IMG/VR virus record: IMGVR_UViG_3300042808_000025
Coordinates: 1-48,051 of that record
DNA length: 48,051 nt
Reading direction: 5' to 3' (one strand)
Source: a virus
Lineage: Duplodnaviria; Caudoviricetes
The position numbers were made by a program, and so were the translations under genes. The notes beneath the pieces were generated by a model. It had not been told where the DNA came from, ran no database searches, and worked only from the letters and a program-made list of their open reading frames with translations. Within the stretch, counting starts at the first letter, position 1. Each line of letters opens with the position of its first letter. Below are positions 44,636 to 48,051 of the stretch, in pieces.

Positions 44636-47139
44636 TGAACTCTAGAGTCTACAAAAGATCAGACTTTTCATTAGGTATCCAAAATGCCAGTAGTTGGATG
44701 TTACGTAAGGAGAACGAACTATTTGATGGGCGTAATATTAGATTTAACGAAGAGATTGGTGCCTTTGTTAGGCGTAATGGGTATGTTAAAGACAGCGCTA
44801 ATAGATTCTCAACTACTGGCAAAATACCGACTGGCTGGTGGGTATCTCAATTTACAACTGGTCCTGTTAGATTCGTAGCCTGTAACAATGACACCGATAC
44901 AGCTACTTTAATTCGCGCACAAGATCCTGTTACTAAAGTTTGGACAACTATAATCGATTCAATACCACCTAATGCTGATATTCATTTTTGCGATTACCGT
45001 GATGAAGTGTATATATCAGGTTATACTGTTGCTGATGGTGTTCCTATACAGCCATGGAATATAGACAAAAATCTATCGCCTAGTGTTACTAGGAATTTAT
45101 TGAACTCTCCATGGTGCAAATATTTTGTAGTTTATCGTGGAGTATTATATGCTGCTAACGTTAAAGTAGGAGATGAATTACACCCAGACAGATTCTATAA
45201 ATCATCAGCTCCTACCGGTGCCTTCACATTCGTAAGAGGGCAACAGACTGATGACGAGATAGACCTAACCTTCATACGACAAGTGCCAATAATGACATCA
45301 TCAACAGCCCCAGCCGGAACAGTAACACAATCTCTACAAAATTCAGGCCAGGAAGGTTGGAGGGTATTTGATGGCGTAGGAACCCGCAGTGGTTCATGGA
45401 TAGCACCATCGACTAATGGTGCGGCTTGGGTGATGTATGATTACGGTTCTGGCAATAGTAAAGTCGTGACGCATTATTCTATGAGAGCGATAAGTTCTAA
45501 CCCGTCTGCCAATGATATAAGTAATGATTCTCCTAAATCATGGAACTTAGAGGGTTCTAATGATGGTGTTAACTTCACTATATTACATACGGTCACAGGC
45601 GCAGCTCTATGGGCGGCTAGCGAAGTTAGGCAATACACAACCACCAATACATCAGCCTACAGGTATTACAGAATCAATGTTACGGCTTCACAGGGCGGGG
45701 CCACATGGTTGACTATTAATGAGATATGGCTATACAATACACTCCAAACAGTTAGACCACTTCAATTAGCAGTTGGGTCAGTAAGATATATAAAACCAGG
45801 AATGGAATTAGAAATATATAAATCAGGTAAGAGTGTTAAGCTGTATGATATCGTAGTTTACGATGTCGACAAAACCACCAATACTCTACAATTCTTACCG
45901 GATACATTCACCATATCATCGGTTAATACTACCACTGATGTTCTAACAATATCAGATACTACAAAATTACCTACTGGTACACCGATGGTTTTTGCTAGCA
46001 CAGCCACTTTACCAGCACCATTATCACCTGGGATAACGTATTATTCTATAAAAGTCGATGGCACAACATTAAAAGTTGCCACTAGCTTAGACAATGCGTT
46101 GTTAGGGGTCGCTGTTGATATAACCAACACAGGAACGGCTGGGGCAACCCATCAGATAAGGCTTAGCTATGTTATAGGTAATAATGATGAGGTATATCTA
46201 AAAGGCAAACACGACGTATTGAGTTCTCTATGGAATACTGATTATCCAACACCTGGGTCATCTGATTTCTCAGCCATACAACCAGGCATAGACTCTAGCA
46301 ATGAAATAACTGGCGTTGCCGAATCGTCTAACAGGCTATTCGTATTCACATTGAACACGTCTAACCGATTTGATGGAAGTACTACGATACCATTTAGCAA
46401 GACCATAGGATGCGCTTCACAGCGTTCTATACGAAATATTGATGATGACTGGCTTATTTGGCTAACGGCTCGTGGACGCATTTATGCTCGTAATGAGGCT
46501 GGTAGTTCGCAGGAAATGATCTCACGTGGCATCCAAAATAATTTCTTAAGTAAATTTACATTGTCACAACTAAGACAGGCTTCTGCTGGAATAACAGATA
46601 ACGAGTACACTTTATACTTAGGGCAATTAGATGGTGAACATTCTAGATGTGTTTATGATTTCTCTGGTAACACATGGTCTATAGATGCTTTGAGCCATAG
46701 TACATTAATGTACGCTAACGATAGCTCTAGTGGTAACATAAAACCATATTTCGTAGCTAGTAATGGATATGTATACGAGGATGATAATGGTAATCTCGAT
46801 GATGATAAAGTTATACGTTTCGATGCTGATCTAGGTAAAATAGATTACGGCACTGAACTAGACAAAGAGTTTTTAGGAATTTACACACGCACGTTGAATG
46901 CTGTTGGGCTAAAGATAATTATTAGGATAGACGATGGCGAACCAATGTTAGTCGGTGAAATATATAAGAACTACGGGACTATAGAATATCCTATAGACCG
47001 AGATCGTGATAGGTTAACTGGTAGTGTTATATCTGTTAGACTGCAGGGTGCTTTCAATGGCCCACCACAACGAGTATATGCTGCACATGATTACTATAAT
47101 TTAGTCCAGGAGATTAATGCTCATGGCCAACAACAATAA
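44635..47139 (+). CDS. Tail nozzle / tubular protein B-like with inserted discoidin (F5/8 type C)-like domain
   Basis: N-terminal DFSLG...N.RF...G...RNG; IGCASQRSI; internal PKSWNLEGSNDG...AYRYYRINVT...INEI. Confidence 0.75.
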   Translation: MNSRVYKRSDFSLGIQNASSWMLRKENELFDGRNIRFNEEIGAFVRRNGYVKDSANRFSTTGKIPTGWWVSQFTTGPVRFVACNNDTDTATLIRAQDPVTKVWTTIIDSIPPNADIHFCDYRDEVYISGYTVADGVPIQPWNIDKNLSPSVTRNLLNSPWCKYFVVYRGVLYAANVKVGDELHPDRFYKSSAPTGAFTFVRGQQTDDEIDLTFIRQVPIMTSSTAPAGTVTQSLQNSGQEGWRVFDGVGTRSGSWIAPSTNGAAWVMYDYGSGNSKVVTHYSMRAISSNPSANDISNDSPKSWNLEGSNDGVNFTILHTVTGAALWAASEVRQYTTTNTSAYRYYRINVTASQGGATWLTINEIWLYNTLQTVRPLQLAVGSVRYIKPGMELEIYKSGKSVKLYDIVVYDVDKTTNTLQFLPDTFTISSVNTTTDVLTISDTTKLPTGTPMVFASTATLPAPLSPGITYYSIKVDGTTLKVATSLDNALLGVAVDITNTGTAGATHQIRLSYVIGNNDEVYLKGKHDVLSSLWNTDYPTPGSSDFSAIQPGIDSSNEITGVAESSNRLFVFTLNTSNRFDGSTTIPFSKTIGCASQRSIRNIDDDWLIWLTARGRIYARNEAGSSQEMISRGIQNNFLSKFTLSQLRQASAGITDNEYTLYLGQLDGEHSRCVYDFSGNTWSIDALSHSTLMYANDSSSGNIKPYFVASNGYVYEDDNGNLDDDKVIRFDADLGKIDYGTELDKEFLGIYTRTLNAVGLKIIIRIDDGEPMLVGEIYKNYGTIEYPIDRDRDRLTGSVISVRLQGAFNGPPQRVYAAHDYYNLVQEINAHGQQQ

Positions 47140-47407
47140 AAAAATAACCTACGAGGATTCTGGATATAACGGTTTTATGCGTAGAACTATTGCGAGTAGC
47201 CAGAATAATAATACTCTTTCACAGATAAGTCGCAATTCCAACCAAATGTCTAACCTTAATTTCGATAATATGAATGTGTCAGGGTCTCTAGGTGACACTA
47301 TAACAGTCGGCAATATAACAATTGACGGATCGGTTGGAAATGGCCGTATAGATGGAAATGATGAAAATAGAAATCCTGTATGGCGCCTAGGCGACTTGGA
47401 GGGGTAG
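47123..47407 (+). CDS. Small tail protein
   Basis: AGGAG RBS; C-terminal I.IDG..GRI...D....VWRLG. Confidence 0.6.
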   Translation: MANNNKKITYEDSGYNGFMRRTIASSQNNNTLSQISRNSNQMSNLNFDNMNVSGSLGDTITVGNITIDGSVGNGRIDGNDENRNPVWRLGDLEG

Positions 47408-48051
47408 ATGGCTAGATACGGCGTACAAATATCGCAACAGGGGATAGATGTGACTAAGGCTGCTGATTACCAGAAGGTGTTAGATTCTAATTGGAAATTT
47501 TTAGATATATTGGATGAAGTTGATATAGATATCACGATAAGACCTTCTGGGGTCCCCAATGGGTTTATAGTGACTGATCTGTACAAACATAATCTTGGCT
47601 ATATCACTGGATATGAGTTTAGACCATCATCTTTATGCTCTGGGGCAGGCACTGATATCAATAGCTATACATCGTTTTTGCGTGGAGATAGAAATAATAT
47701 ATATTGCACATTTTTGTATACCGGTAGCCAATATATAAGGTTATCTGGTAAGCTACGTGTCTATAACATAAACATAGCTGAAGAGTATGAATCGCCTAAT
47801 ACCCCAGTTACATCTATATCTAGATCACCTGTTAGCAGATACGGAGCTAAATTTCTAGATAGGAATAGAGGTGATAGTAGTATAGATGATGAAACAATGT
47901 ATCCATTCACATTAAATACTCGCGGTAAACAATTATCTATACATAAACATGGAACAGCTACGCCAGTTGACCAATACTCGCTAGTTTTAAATGTTACTCA
48001 CAATGTTGGTTACCCACCGTCATATATGATAGCCAAAATGTATAATAAAAG
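47408..48051 (+). CDS. Virion/tail-associated protein, 5' part (wraps the origin; about 275 aa in total, ends at 311)
   Basis: ATG at 47408 (MARYGVQISQQGIDVTKAADYQKVLDSNW...) is open to the end and in frame with ORF 102-311; two HNLGY/HNVGY repeats; tail module context. Confidence 0.8.
   Translation, partial: MARYGVQISQQGIDVTKAADYQKVLDSNWKFLDILDEVDIDITIRPSGVPNGFIVTDLYKHNLGYITGYEFRPSSLCSGAGTDINSYTSFLRGDRNNIYCTFLYTGSQYIRLSGKLRVYNINIAEEYESPNTPVTSISRSPVSRYGAKFLDRNRGDSSIDDETMYPFTLNTRGKQLSIHKHGTATPVDQYSLVLNVTHNVGYPPSYMIAKMYNK
47925..48051. repeat. Terminal direct repeat, right copy
   Basis: Identical to 1-127. Confidence 0.95.

Noticed and set aside
40126-47139. Diversity-generating retroelement or invertible tail-fibre system
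   Set aside because: No reverse transcriptase, invertase or template/variable repeat pair seen
1-48051. Stop-codon reassignment
   Set aside because: Standard code 11 gives dense, full-length genes, and TAA, TAG and TGA all terminate ORFs

Overview
This window is a complete, circularly permuted genome of a podovirus-like tailed dsDNA phage. Bases 1-127 are repeated exactly at 47925-48051, an assembler overlap, so the unit length is 47,924 bp. Rightward late arm, starting at 32172 and wrapping to 9732: TerL, portal, scaffold, decoration, major capsid, tail fibre, adaptor/nozzle, three ejection proteins, lysis genes and two host-like accessory genes. Leftward arm, 28509 to 10152: replication initiator, many small ORFs, metallophosphoesterase, C5 DNA methyltransferase, SF2 helicase, DnaB, SSB, RusA, RecA-like recombinase, two HNH nucleases and a signal-peptide lysozyme. 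An AT-rich leftward early cassette (29649-31304) sits between the probable TerS and TerL. I recognise no integrase, repressor, DNA/RNA polymerase, tRNA or CRISPR array. A monoderm host, possibly Patescibacteria/Saccharimonadia, is inferred only. Most notable: (1) a dual-coded methyltransferase gene whose second frame has its own Shine-Dalgarno and appears to carry an extra target-recognition-like segment; (2) two promoter-driven structured ncRNA candidates behind a His-Me-finger-like gene; (3) complete absence of GGAR/YTCC over about 2.46 kb of the putative first-injected region, where the RBS changes to AAAGGGG; (4) long G-U-rich structured leaders with boxA-like motifs; (5) a shared TCCGAAC motif in the spacers of all three leftward promoters. 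All protein calls come from motif reading and gene context, not from database searches.
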